Source of the DNA: Campylobacter sp.
Lineage (GTDB): Bacteria > Campylobacterota > Campylobacteria > Campylobacterales > Campylobacteraceae
Length of the DNA stretch: 64,000 nucleotides
Assembly: GCF_019423325.1 (NCBI RefSeq)
Contig: NZ_JAHZBQ010000003.1
Span: forward strand, 138,601-202,600
Direction: 5' to 3'
Made by a program: the position numbers and the translations under genes. The notes below the pieces were generated by a model. The model was given only the letters and a program-made list of their open reading frames with translations. It was not told where the DNA came from and searched no databases. Positions 49,534-57,020 of the stretch are shown piece by piece (the stretch's first letter is position 1; every line of letters starts with the position of its first letter).

Positions 49534-49698
49534 ATGAGTGCCACTATAAATCAATATGAAAAGCTATTCGGCAAAATTATTGAAGTTGTCGCAGGCCGAA
49601 CTTGCGCTTGCTTTTGCTCATGCAGTTGCGGCATGTGCGTATGCTCGTGCCGCGGTCGCAGAAGTGAAAACGACGAAATTGCATGGGAAATATGCTAA
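49534..49698 (+). CDS. 54-aa cysteine-ladder precursor-like peptide (MSATINQYEKLFGKIIEVVAGRTCACFCSCSCGMCVCSCRGRRSENDEIAWEIC)
   Basis: Translated by hand. Missing from the ORF track, apparently because it falls below the track's size cut-off (smallest listed ORF is 60 aa). ATG preceded by GAAAGGAGAAGAA (AGGAG with 7-nt spacing). Cys-free leader-like N-terminus, 8 Cys in 16 residues, TAA stop. Sits 48 nt upstream of a radical SAM/SPASM gene. Confidence 0.7.
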   Translation: MSATINQYEKLFGKIIEVVAGRTCACFCSCSCGMCVCSCRGRRSENDEIAWEIC

Positions 49699-49704
49699 AA
49701 ATTT

Positions 49705-49728
49705 ATCGGCGGACCGAACTCCGCCGAT
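49705..49728 (+). promoter_or_regulatory. intercistronic stem-loop between peptide gene and maturase gene
   Basis: ATCGGCGG-ACCGAACT-CCGCCGAT: a perfect 8-bp GC-rich stem in an AT-rich context. Followed by a T-rich stretch and the AGGA RBS of the maturase. Confidence 0.55.
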
Positions 49729-49746
49729 ACTATTTCAAGGATTTTT

Positions 49747-51156
49747 ATGATTTTTTCAAAATATGGCTTCGCCTTTCATGTAGGTAATGATGTAGCATTA
49801 TATAACTCTTTAAGGATGAAGCCGATCTATTTAAGCGATAACAAATTTAAGAAAATAAAAGAGATTGTTGACAAAAATGTGAAATTATCACAAGACTTAA
49901 AATGCGAAATCGACGAATTGATAAAGTATAAAATTTTAGTCAAAGAGGGCGATGATGAAAAAATTTTAAATTTTGTAAAATCGGTTATTCCTCAACCACA
50001 AATAAACGTATGCTATTTTATTTTAAGCGAACAATGCAATCTGGCTTGTAAATATTGCTTTTTAGGCAACAATAATCAAGAAAAGAGAAAGCGTTTCAAA
50101 AAAGAAAATATGAGTAAGCAAACGGCAATGGATGGAATTTTATTTTTCATAAAACAACTCGAAAGTGCAAATTTCGATGAAAATTCCAAGCCTACCATTT
50201 TATTTTACGGTGGCGAACCACTTTTAAATTTTGAAACACTTGTTTTTATAGTAAATAAAATTAACGAGCTTAAAAAGAGCTGTAAAGTTTTAGAAAAAGT
50301 TGAATTCGACTTGGTCACAAACGGGCTTTTATTAAACAAACAAAGGCTTTTAAAGCTAAACGAACTTGGCGTAAATATCGGTATTTCGATAGATGGTTGT
50401 AATAACGAAACAAATAAAATGCGCGTGGATATCGGCGGAAATTTTGTATTTGAAAAAATTATACAAAAACTTGATTTGGCAAAGTCACTTGGGGTTCCAA
50501 TTTCGCTTTCCGTAACGCTTACGCAAGATAGTATCAAAAATAAAAACGATATGCTTGAGCTTGTCAAGAAATACAATATAAAGGGCTTCGGTTTTAATAT
50601 TTTAATGTCGGATGAGAAGATTTCGGATTTGCACTATCAAAAAACGAGTGAGTTTTTAATCGAAATGTTTAAAGAATTGCGCAAGCTTGGAATTTATGAA
50701 GATAGAATGATGAGAAAGGTAAAATCCTTTGCAAAATCAAGCGTTTATTTTTCGGATTGTGCAGCTACAAGCGGCGGACAGATTGTAATTGCGGCAAACG
50801 GAGATGTGGGAATTTGCCAAGGCTGTTTGTATGATAGAAAATATTTTGTAACGAATGTCTTGGATGAAAATTTTAATCCGACGACCAATGAAATTTGGCA
50901 AAAATTTCGCCATCTCTCGCCGCCCGAAAAGAATGAATGTCAAGAATGTGAAGCTCTTGGCATTTGTGGTGGCGGCTGTCCGATAAGTGCGGCAAACGAA
51001 AAAGTAGGCAATACGATTGATTCTTTGGATAGGAGATTTTGCATTCACGCAAAAGAGAGTCTAAAATTTCTGATCTCAGACCTGCATAGGATCATAACAA
51101 AAGGCGAAAATAGCGAAATTTATGAAAAATGCGAAGTTGATAAGTTAGCGAGATAA
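49747..51156 (+). CDS. radical SAM / SPASM-domain peptide-modifying enzyme (maturase-like)
   Basis: 469 aa. CxxxCxxC radical SAM motif CNLACKYC and the GGEPLL SAM-binding motif. Full SPASM signature: C-x13-G-x4-C (CAATSGGQIVIAANGDVGIC), CQECEALGICGGGC (Cx2Cx5Cx3C) and a distal Cys (RRFCIH). About 90 aa precede the SAM cluster, where an RRE/PqqD-like element would sit. Confidence 0.85.
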   Translation: MIFSKYGFAFHVGNDVALYNSLRMKPIYLSDNKFKKIKEIVDKNVKLSQDLKCEIDELIKYKILVKEGDDEKILNFVKSVIPQPQINVCYFILSEQCNLACKYCFLGNNNQEKRKRFKKENMSKQTAMDGILFFIKQLESANFDENSKPTILFYGGEPLLNFETLVFIVNKINELKKSCKVLEKVEFDLVTNGLLLNKQRLLKLNELGVNIGISIDGCNNETNKMRVDIGGNFVFEKIIQKLDLAKSLGVPISLSVTLTQDSIKNKNDMLELVKKYNIKGFGFNILMSDEKISDLHYQKTSEFLIEMFKELRKLGIYEDRMMRKVKSFAKSSVYFSDCAATSGGQIVIAANGDVGICQGCLYDRKYFVTNVLDENFNPTTNEIWQKFRHLSPPEKNECQECEALGICGGGCPISAANEKVGNTIDSLDRRFCIHAKESLKFLISDLHRIITKGENSEIYEKCEVDKLAR

Positions 51157-51301
51157 TCCGTTATATAAATTTGCCGACTTTAATGTTTTACTTGACCCAA
51201 CCTTAATTCGAAATAGACACTAATTCTAGGTGCTGCTATCTGCAAGAGCTCATCATATATTTTATCTAAAATTTTGCTTCTTAATGCTAAAATAAATTCT
51301 T

Positions 51302-51378
51302 GACCTTTTCGTCTAGTGGCTCAGGACGTTGCATTCTCAGTGCGAAAACGCGTGGTTCAAATCCCGCAAGGGTCGCCA
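51302..51378 (+). tRNA. tRNA-Glu-like (anticodon CUC) with a bulged T stem
   Basis: Hand-folded, 77 nt. Acceptor GACCTTT/AAGGGTC. The D arm TCGTCTAGTGGCTCAGGAC is Glu-like. Anticodon stem TTGCA/TGCGA with loop TTCTCAG. The T arm GCG(T)GG-TTCAAAT-CCCGC needs one bulged T. Encoded CCA. Confidence 0.65.
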
Positions 51379-51433
51379 TTATGGACTTATACAAGCCTCT
51401 TGATTTTAAACGGTAAATTTATCTATGATTTTA

Positions 51434-52210
51434 TCATGGACTTTCATACAGCCCGTCAGATTTTAAATAATAAATTTTATCTGCGATTTTATCGATGAAA
51501 CTTTTATCGTGCGAGACGATGATCTCGCTTACGTCAAGCTCCGCCAAAATCCCCGCCACGCGCTCCTGCATTGCCTCATCAAGCGCCGTCGTAGGCTCGT
51601 CCAGTAGCAGTATCCTAGGCTCGCACACCAGCGCGCCCGCAAGCGCCACCAGCTTTTTCTCGCCGCCGCTTAGATGAAAGGGTACTCGCTCGCGCAGATG
51701 TTCGATTCCCAAGCGTCGCAGCGTCTCCAGCGCCTTGCGCTCAATCTGCTCTTCGCTTAAAATTTCAAGCTTTTTTAGATGGTCGTTTTCGCTGCCCTGC
51801 CTTAAAATTTGCGCCTTACGACCAAAAAATTTAGAAAAAATTCCACGCTTTTTCTCCGCATTTCGTGCTTGTTTTAGCCGCTCATTTTGTGCACGCAGAC
51901 TAAATGCGACGTCCTCAAACACGCTCGCGCACAAAAATTGATCGTCGCTGTTTTGAAATAAAAACCCGATCTCGTGGCGAAATTTTACAAAATCCTCCGC
52001 ACACTCGAGCTTCTCACCGAAAAGCTCGATTTCGCCCTCGCCCCATTGCCTTAGGCCGCCTAAAATTTGAAGCAGGCTCGTCTTGCCCTGCCCGTTCGCG
52101 CCCAAGATCGCCACTTTTTCCTTATGCCCTACGCTCAAATTTACGCCGCGAAAAATTTCTCGCTCGCCGTTTTTAGCGCTTAAATCCAGCGCCTTAAGCG
52201 AACAGCTCAT
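51434..52210 (-). CDS. ECF-type nickel/cobalt transporter ATPase (NikO/CbiO)
   Basis: 258 aa. Walker A GANGQGKT, signature LSGGEKK, Walker B LLLDEP. 4-nt overlap with the upstream T-component gene. Confidence 0.8.
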   Translation of the reverse strand: MSCSLKALDLSAKNGEREIFRGVNLSVGHKEKVAILGANGQGKTSLLQILGGLRQWGEGEIELFGEKLECAEDFVKFRHEIGFLFQNSDDQFLCASVFEDVAFSLRAQNERLKQARNAEKKRGIFSKFFGRKAQILRQGSENDHLKKLEILSEEQIERKALETLRRLGIEHLRERVPFHLSGGEKKLVALAGALVCEPRILLLDEPTTALDEAMQERVAGILAELDVSEIIVSHDKSFIDKIADKIYYLKSDGLYESP

Positions 52211-52914
52211 AAGATAGCTCCGATTTTAACAGATACGCACGCCAGCACGAACGCCAAAAACGAGGCCTCCGAGACGCCCAAACCATCGCGACATTCGTAA
52301 AATAGCCTACCGCAAAACCCTCGCGCGCTCATTACCATGCTTAAATTCCTTGCCTGCTCAAGCGCCGAAATCGCTAAAATCCCGATCAAATTCGCATAAA
52401 TTTTATAGGTAAAAATTCCGCTCGTCCCTACAAATCCGCGCATGCGCAAAAGTGCTTGCAGTCTCGCCAGATCCGAGCGTAAAAAATTTACGAATCGCCC
52501 ACAGCAATACACCAAAGCGCTTAGCTTTTCGCCGAGCCCGAGCCCGTAAAATCCGCGCGCGAAAAAATATTCGTCTTTGCCGTAAAATAGCAAAATTGCA
52601 AACGCCATTATCAAATTCGCGCGCAAAAATATCACGCCCGCAAGCTCGTAGTTGCCGACTATGGCGGGGCTTAACGCGCTTAAAATCGCAAAGATATTTA
52701 ATACCGCAAGCCTTGTGCAGACCGCGCGTGCAATCGAAATTTTAAGCGCAAAAAGAAGTAGCGGCGGGGCAAAAAACGCCGCGTAAAGCTGCCCGCTAAA
52801 TCCGACGCCGAAGCTGAAGATGAAAAACGCGAGCAGTGATACGGCGGAGCTCATTTGCGCGCTCTTTTCGCTAGCCACATTAAGCCAAAAAAGCCGAAAA
52901 TCAAGGCCAAACAA
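52207..52914 (-). CDS. ECF transporter transmembrane T-component (NikQ/CbiQ)
   Basis: 235 aa, polytopic. Contains the ALEQARNLSMVMSARGF region typical of CbiQ/EcfT. Confidence 0.7.
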   Translation of the reverse strand: MFGLDFRLFWLNVASEKSAQMSSAVSLLAFFIFSFGVGFSGQLYAAFFAPPLLLFALKISIARAVCTRLAVLNIFAILSALSPAIVGNYELAGVIFLRANLIMAFAILLFYGKDEYFFARGFYGLGLGEKLSALVYCCGRFVNFLRSDLARLQALLRMRGFVGTSGIFTYKIYANLIGILAISALEQARNLSMVMSARGFCGRLFYECRDGLGVSEASFLAFVLACVSVKIGAIL

Positions 52915-53492
52915 AGCGCGATTTTAGGCGCCTCGGCGGACTGGCTTTGAAACGCCAGGCTCCTAATATCACTCTTAGAGCTTTCTTTCGGCAAGATGCT
53001 TTGCGAGGCGGAATTTTTCAAAGGCTCGGAAGCACTTGAAATTTTATCTTCAGACACACTGCCTTTCGGCGCGATATTTTCGGACGCGCTGTCTTTGGAC
53101 GCGAAATTTTTAGCGGCGTTCGAATTTTGCGGCATAGGATTTTCAGAAACGTCAGAATTTTGAGGCGTGGAATTTTCAGGATCACCGGAATCCTGCGGCG
53201 TAAAGCCTTCGGCGCTAAATTCCATCTGTGTGCCGTGCCCTGCACCTCCGTAAATTTGAATAGTAAAATTTTTAGCTGGCATTCGTATGCTCGCAAGTCC
53301 CTCTTTATCGGTCCTAGTGCGTAAAATTTCGCGCCCGTCCACACTGATTAAAACTTCGCACTCCATGCAGGGAGAATTTTTATAAAAATAGCTATAAATC
53401 GCCACTCTATCGCCCTCTTGCGTCGCGAAAAGATGAAGCGCATGCGAAAATGCGAAGGAGCTCAAAACCGCTAAGAAAAATAGCGCTCTCAT
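52851..53492 (-). CDS. bitopic accessory component, NikL-like candidate
   Basis: 213 aa. Signal peptide/TM, a beta-rich domain of ~90 aa, a low-complexity Ser/Asn/Pro linker, and a C-terminal TM anchor. Its position between the M and Q genes matches the NikKMLQO layout. Start and overlap with nikQ are uncertain. Confidence 0.45.
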   Translation of the reverse strand: MRALFFLAVLSSFAFSHALHLFATQEGDRVAIYSYFYKNSPCMECEVLISVDGREILRTRTDKEGLASIRMPAKNFTIQIYGGAGHGTQMEFSAEGFTPQDSGDPENSTPQNSDVSENPMPQNSNAAKNFASKDSASENIAPKGSVSEDKISSASEPLKNSASQSILPKESSKSDIRSLAFQSQSAEAPKIALCLALIFGFFGLMWLAKRARK

Positions 53493-54091
53493 CGCCTTTG
53501 TCCGCCGTAAAATTTCGCAATAAAGCTAAGCGCAAAAAAGGTGATGATTCCTTCCAAAACAGCCAGGATCGCGCCTTCGAGCGAGATGAGCGTCGCGATA
53601 GCAAAAAACTCCCGCCCGCTGATGAAAAGCACGAGATCAAGAAGCAGCATCGAGCAGACGATCGGCACGAAACCCGCTAAAAATAGATAAATTTTTTGCG
53701 TGCGCGCTTTTAGCTCTTGCGCTTTTGAGGCGGCGGCGGCAAAGAGCCCGCCCAAAACCGCCGGAAAGCCGATGACTGCGGTATTTACGCCGAGCACGCT
53801 AAGCCCTCCAAAGCCAAAAAATACCCCTTGCAAAAACAGCGCGACGAAAATCGCCAAGATCGCGCGTGAGCCCAAAAACGCGCCCACGAGCCCGCTTAGC
53901 ATCAGGTGCATGGAGCTGACGCCCACGGGCAGGTGCACAAAAGATGCGACGAAAAACAGCGCGCTAAAACATGCGATCCTCGGGATTTCAGACTGCCTTG
54001 CGCGCCATAAAATCGCCGCTACCGCAGGCGCCGTAACCGCCCAGCCAGCAAGCAGCACGGGCGCACTCAAAACTCCTTCGCTAATATGCAC
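53489..54091 (-). CDS. ECF transporter substrate-capture component (NikM/CbiM)
   Basis: 200 aa. The MHISEGVL N-terminus (metal-ligating N-terminal Met-His) is diagnostic of CbiM/NikM. Polytopic. Confidence 0.85.
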   Translation of the reverse strand: MHISEGVLSAPVLLAGWAVTAPAVAAILWRARQSEIPRIACFSALFFVASFVHLPVGVSSMHLMLSGLVGAFLGSRAILAIFVALFLQGVFFGFGGLSVLGVNTAVIGFPAVLGGLFAAAASKAQELKARTQKIYLFLAGFVPIVCSMLLLDLVLFISGREFFAIATLISLEGAILAVLEGIITFFALSFIAKFYGGQRR

Positions 54092-54860
54092 GGCTCGCCT
54101 CCTTTAAATCGCTCACGTTTTTTAGACGCGCAAAAACGCGGGAGCTAGTTAAATTTAAGGCATTTGCGACCTTTGCAATAATTGCCTTGATTGCTACAGA
54201 TCTTGCTTTTACGGCTTTAGTCGCGACAGAATTTTCGGCTGTAAAACTCGCGGCTTGCGTCCTATTTGCGGCGGCTGTTAGCGCAGAACTCGGAGCGGTC
54301 TCGGAACCGCTTACGGAACCGGCAAATTTGATAAATTTTACGGCTCGCACGGCGCAAGAATTTTCGCTTGCTACAATTGCAGGAGCGGCGAGCGGATTTT
54401 GCAACGCAAAATTTAAGGCTCCGAGCGATCTCGGTGAGATGCTTGTGCGGTAAAACAGAGCCTGCGAAATTTCAAAAGTCGGGGTTTGCGAAATTTCAAA
54501 AAACGAAATTTTACGTGCTGGTATTTTAAGCTCATAAATCCATGAATATGAAATTTTGCGGCTCGAAGCTACTAAGAGCGGATTCCTACCGAGCAAAATT
54601 CCACATAGCAGAGTTCTGCTACTTGAAATTTTACTCAGCGGAATTTTGCTCCGTAAAGTTTTAACCAAACCCTGAGACGCAGACTGCGCGCGGGTGCAAA
54701 ACGACAAAATTCTTCCCCGTAAAATTTTAGCCGCAGAATTCGCTTGAAATTTTACGTCGCCAAGCAAAACGCGCGAAAATAAAATTTCAAAGCTCCGCTC
54801 AAGCGTAAATTTAAATTTATCCGCAGCGACGCAAATTTCGCCCAAAAAAAGAGATCTCAC
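54081..54860 (-). CDS. questionable ORF in the AAATTT-rich spacer between nikK and nikM
   Basis: 259-aa ORF that exactly fills the gap. The composition is odd and repetitive (KISSS, KIPARKISFFEISQTPTFEISQ), the opposite strand also has long ORFs, and no family is recognised. Confidence 0.2.
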   Translation of the reverse strand: MRSLFLGEICVAADKFKFTLERSFEILFSRVLLGDVKFQANSAAKILRGRILSFCTRAQSASQGLVKTLRSKIPLSKISSSRTLLCGILLGRNPLLVASSRKISYSWIYELKIPARKISFFEISQTPTFEISQALFYRTSISPRSLGALNFALQNPLAAPAIVASENSCAVRAVKFIKFAGSVSGSETAPSSALTAAANRTQAASFTAENSVATKAVKARSVAIKAIIAKVANALNLTSSRVFARLKNVSDLKEASRAY

Positions 54861-54872
54861 CGAGCCGCTCCC

Positions 54873-55622
54873 CTATTTTTTCAGCTCGTCTGCTTTGATC
54901 CAAAGCACGGCGCCCAGCTCGTTTACGGGCTGCTCGCTTCCTTTAGCGGCTTCCTCCTCGCTAAGAGCCGCAAAGCCCCACCAGCCGGCAACCGGCATCA
55001 CGAAGCTAAACTCGCCCGCGCCGTTGGTTTTAACGACCTGTGTGACATGCGCCTCGCTAGGGGCTTTGTAGCCCTTATCGTTATATAGCTCGATCTCCAC
55101 GTCCGCGCCCGGGACGGGCTTTCCGTGCAGTAAAAAAACTCCGCTAAATATCTCTCCCGCATACAGCGCATAAGGTCGCACTAGCGGCACGATCTCCGCC
55201 TCTAGCCCGAGCGGCTTATCCCAGCCTTCGCCCGCGTCGTAAGCATCGACGTAGGTTTTGGTGATATGGCGGATCATCTTGCGCTCAGCCGGCTCGGCAT
55301 AGGGTTTTGGATCAAAATAAAACGCTAAAAGCGATGGCTTGTCCGCTTTGAATTCCGCCGCGAAATAGGAATTTTCACCCTTTTTCTGCTCTTTTAGACC
55401 GCTTAGGAGCGATTTTTTCTCGCCGTCAATAAAAACGCCGAATTCTGCGGGCTTTTGTAGATTCATAGACTCCTGCAAAAACGGATGGGAGAATTCCAAA
55501 TTTAGCTTCACGATAGCATCTTTTTGATCCTCTACGACATTTTTATCCGTCGTAAGAACGCCGAAATGTGCGAACGCAAGGCTCGCCGCGAAAATTCCTA
55601 AAAAAGCAAATTTTGCCTTCAT
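54873..55622 (-). CDS. periplasmic DUF4198/COG5266 protein (NikK/CbiK-type accessory component)
   Basis: 249 aa. Signal peptide then AHFGVL at the mature N-terminus and a transthyretin-like C-terminal part, as in the NikK components of Nik ECF systems. Confidence 0.7.
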   Translation of the reverse strand: MKAKFAFLGIFAASLAFAHFGVLTTDKNVVEDQKDAIVKLNLEFSHPFLQESMNLQKPAEFGVFIDGEKKSLLSGLKEQKKGENSYFAAEFKADKPSLLAFYFDPKPYAEPAERKMIRHITKTYVDAYDAGEGWDKPLGLEAEIVPLVRPYALYAGEIFSGVFLLHGKPVPGADVEIELYNDKGYKAPSEAHVTQVVKTNGAGEFSFVMPVAGWWGFAALSEEEAAKGSEQPVNELGAVLWIKADELKK

Positions 55623-55762
55623 GTAATACCTTTTATAATAAAATATTACGGAATTGTATCACTTTTTTTCATCCGTATTGCTTAAATGTGGGTTTATTTT
55701 GAGTATTTAAAGCAAACTTTAGTTAAAATGTCGCAATTTAAATTACCAAAAAGAGGCAGAAA

Positions 55763-57013
55763 ATGATAAATTTAAAACTTATCGAGACGAATTTCGACGA
55801 ATTTAATAAAAAACTCATCGCCAAAAAAGTCCCGCCGCAAACCCTGCAAACGCTACTAGATGCCTACAACGAGCTAAAATCCAAAAAGACGGAGTTAGAG
55901 AACCTCCAAGCCGTGCAAAACGTAAAGAGCAAGGAGCTAGGCCTCGCCGCGCGCGAGGGTAAGGACGTAGGGGCGCTAAAATCGCAACTTGAGGAAAACA
56001 AGCAAAAGATCCAAAGCCTAAGCGAGCTCGTAAATGAGCGCGAGCAAAACTTAGAAGCGATCGCCGCGTGCGTGCCGAATATCATCGACGACGACGTGCC
56101 GATCGGCGCGGACGAGAACGAAAACGTCTGTATCAAAAAGGTGCTTGATCCGCGCACGTTCGACTTCGCGCCCAAGCAGCACTTCGATCTCGGCGAGGCG
56201 CTGGGATGGCTTGATTTCGAGCGCGGCGTCAAACTCAGCGGCAGCCGCTTCACCGCGATCCGCGGGCTGGGCGCAAAGCTGAATATGGCCCTCATCAACT
56301 ACATGATCGAATTTAATAACTCGCGCGGCTTCGAGCTCGTAAATATGCCGTTTTTGGTGCGTGATCAGATCCTCTACGGCACGGGTCAGCTGCCTAAATT
56401 TAAAGACGACCTCTACCACGTTGACGACGAGGAGCAAAACCTCTACCTCATCCCTACGAGCGAGGTTACGGCGACGAATCTCTTTAACGATGAAATTTTA
56501 CGCAGCGAGGAGCTGCCGATCAAGCTCACCAGCTACAGCCACTGCTTTCGCAAGGAGGCGGGCTCGGCGGGGCGCGATACGCGCGGCATGATCCGCCAGC
56601 ACCAGTTCGAAAAGGTCGAACTCGTCGCCATCACGCGCCCAGAGGATAGCACAAAGATGCTTGAGGAGATGATTTCGTGCGCGAGCGATCTACTAGCTAG
56701 CCTAGGCCTTCCGCACAGACACATGCTGCTTTGTAGCGGCGATCTAGGCTTTAGTGCCGCAAAGACCGTGGATTTGGAGGTTTGGCTGCCGGGGCAGAAC
56801 CAATACCGAGAGATCAGCTCGATCAGCAACTGTCGCGATTTTCAGGCACGTAGAGCCAAAATCCGCTTCAAAGACGGCAAGAAAAATAGCCTCGTTCATA
56901 CGCTAAACGGCTCCTCGCTCGCAGTCGGCCGCACGCTAATCGCGGTAATGGAAAACTACCAGCGCAAGGACGGCAGCATCGAAATCCCGCGCGTTTTAGA
57001 AAAATATATGTAG
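55763..57013 (+). CDS. serS: serine--tRNA ligase
   Basis: 416 aa. N-terminal coiled-coil arm and class II motifs ([39 protein letters not shown]). Confidence 0.93.
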   Translation: MINLKLIETNFDEFNKKLIAKKVPPQTLQTLLDAYNELKSKKTELENLQAVQNVKSKELGLAAREGKDVGALKSQLEENKQKIQSLSELVNEREQNLEAIAACVPNIIDDDVPIGADENENVCIKKVLDPRTFDFAPKQHFDLGEALGWLDFERGVKLSGSRFTAIRGLGAKLNMALINYMIEFNNSRGFELVNMPFLVRDQILYGTGQLPKFKDDLYHVDDEEQNLYLIPTSEVTATNLFNDEILRSEELPIKLTSYSHCFRKEAGSAGRDTRGMIRQHQFEKVELVAITRPEDSTKMLEEMISCASDLLASLGLPHRHMLLCSGDLGFSAAKTVDLEVWLPGQNQYREISSISNCRDFQARRAKIRFKDGKKNSLVHTLNGSSLAVGRTLIAVMENYQRKDGSIEIPRVLEKYM

Positions 57014-57020
57014 GCGGCCC

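Noticed and set aside
49556-49750. 64-aa Ala-rich ORF listed in the track (MKSYSAKLLKLSQAELALAFAHAVAACAYARAAVAEV...)
   Set aside because: It is an out-of-frame shadow of the Cys-codon-rich (TGC/GCx) core of the 49534-49698 peptide gene. It has no RBS, has a low-complexity Ala/Leu composition, and runs across the intercistronic hairpin and 4 nt into the maturase gene. The alternative frame has a strong AGGAG RBS and a sensible leader/core layout.
51302-51378. Functional link between the tRNA-Glu-like gene and the RiPP locus (glutamyl-tRNA-dependent dehydration as in LanB enzymes)
   Set aside because: No LanB-like, glutamylation or elimination-domain gene is present, and the only enzyme is a radical SAM/SPASM protein. 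Adjacency is more simply explained by the tRNA marking an island boundary.
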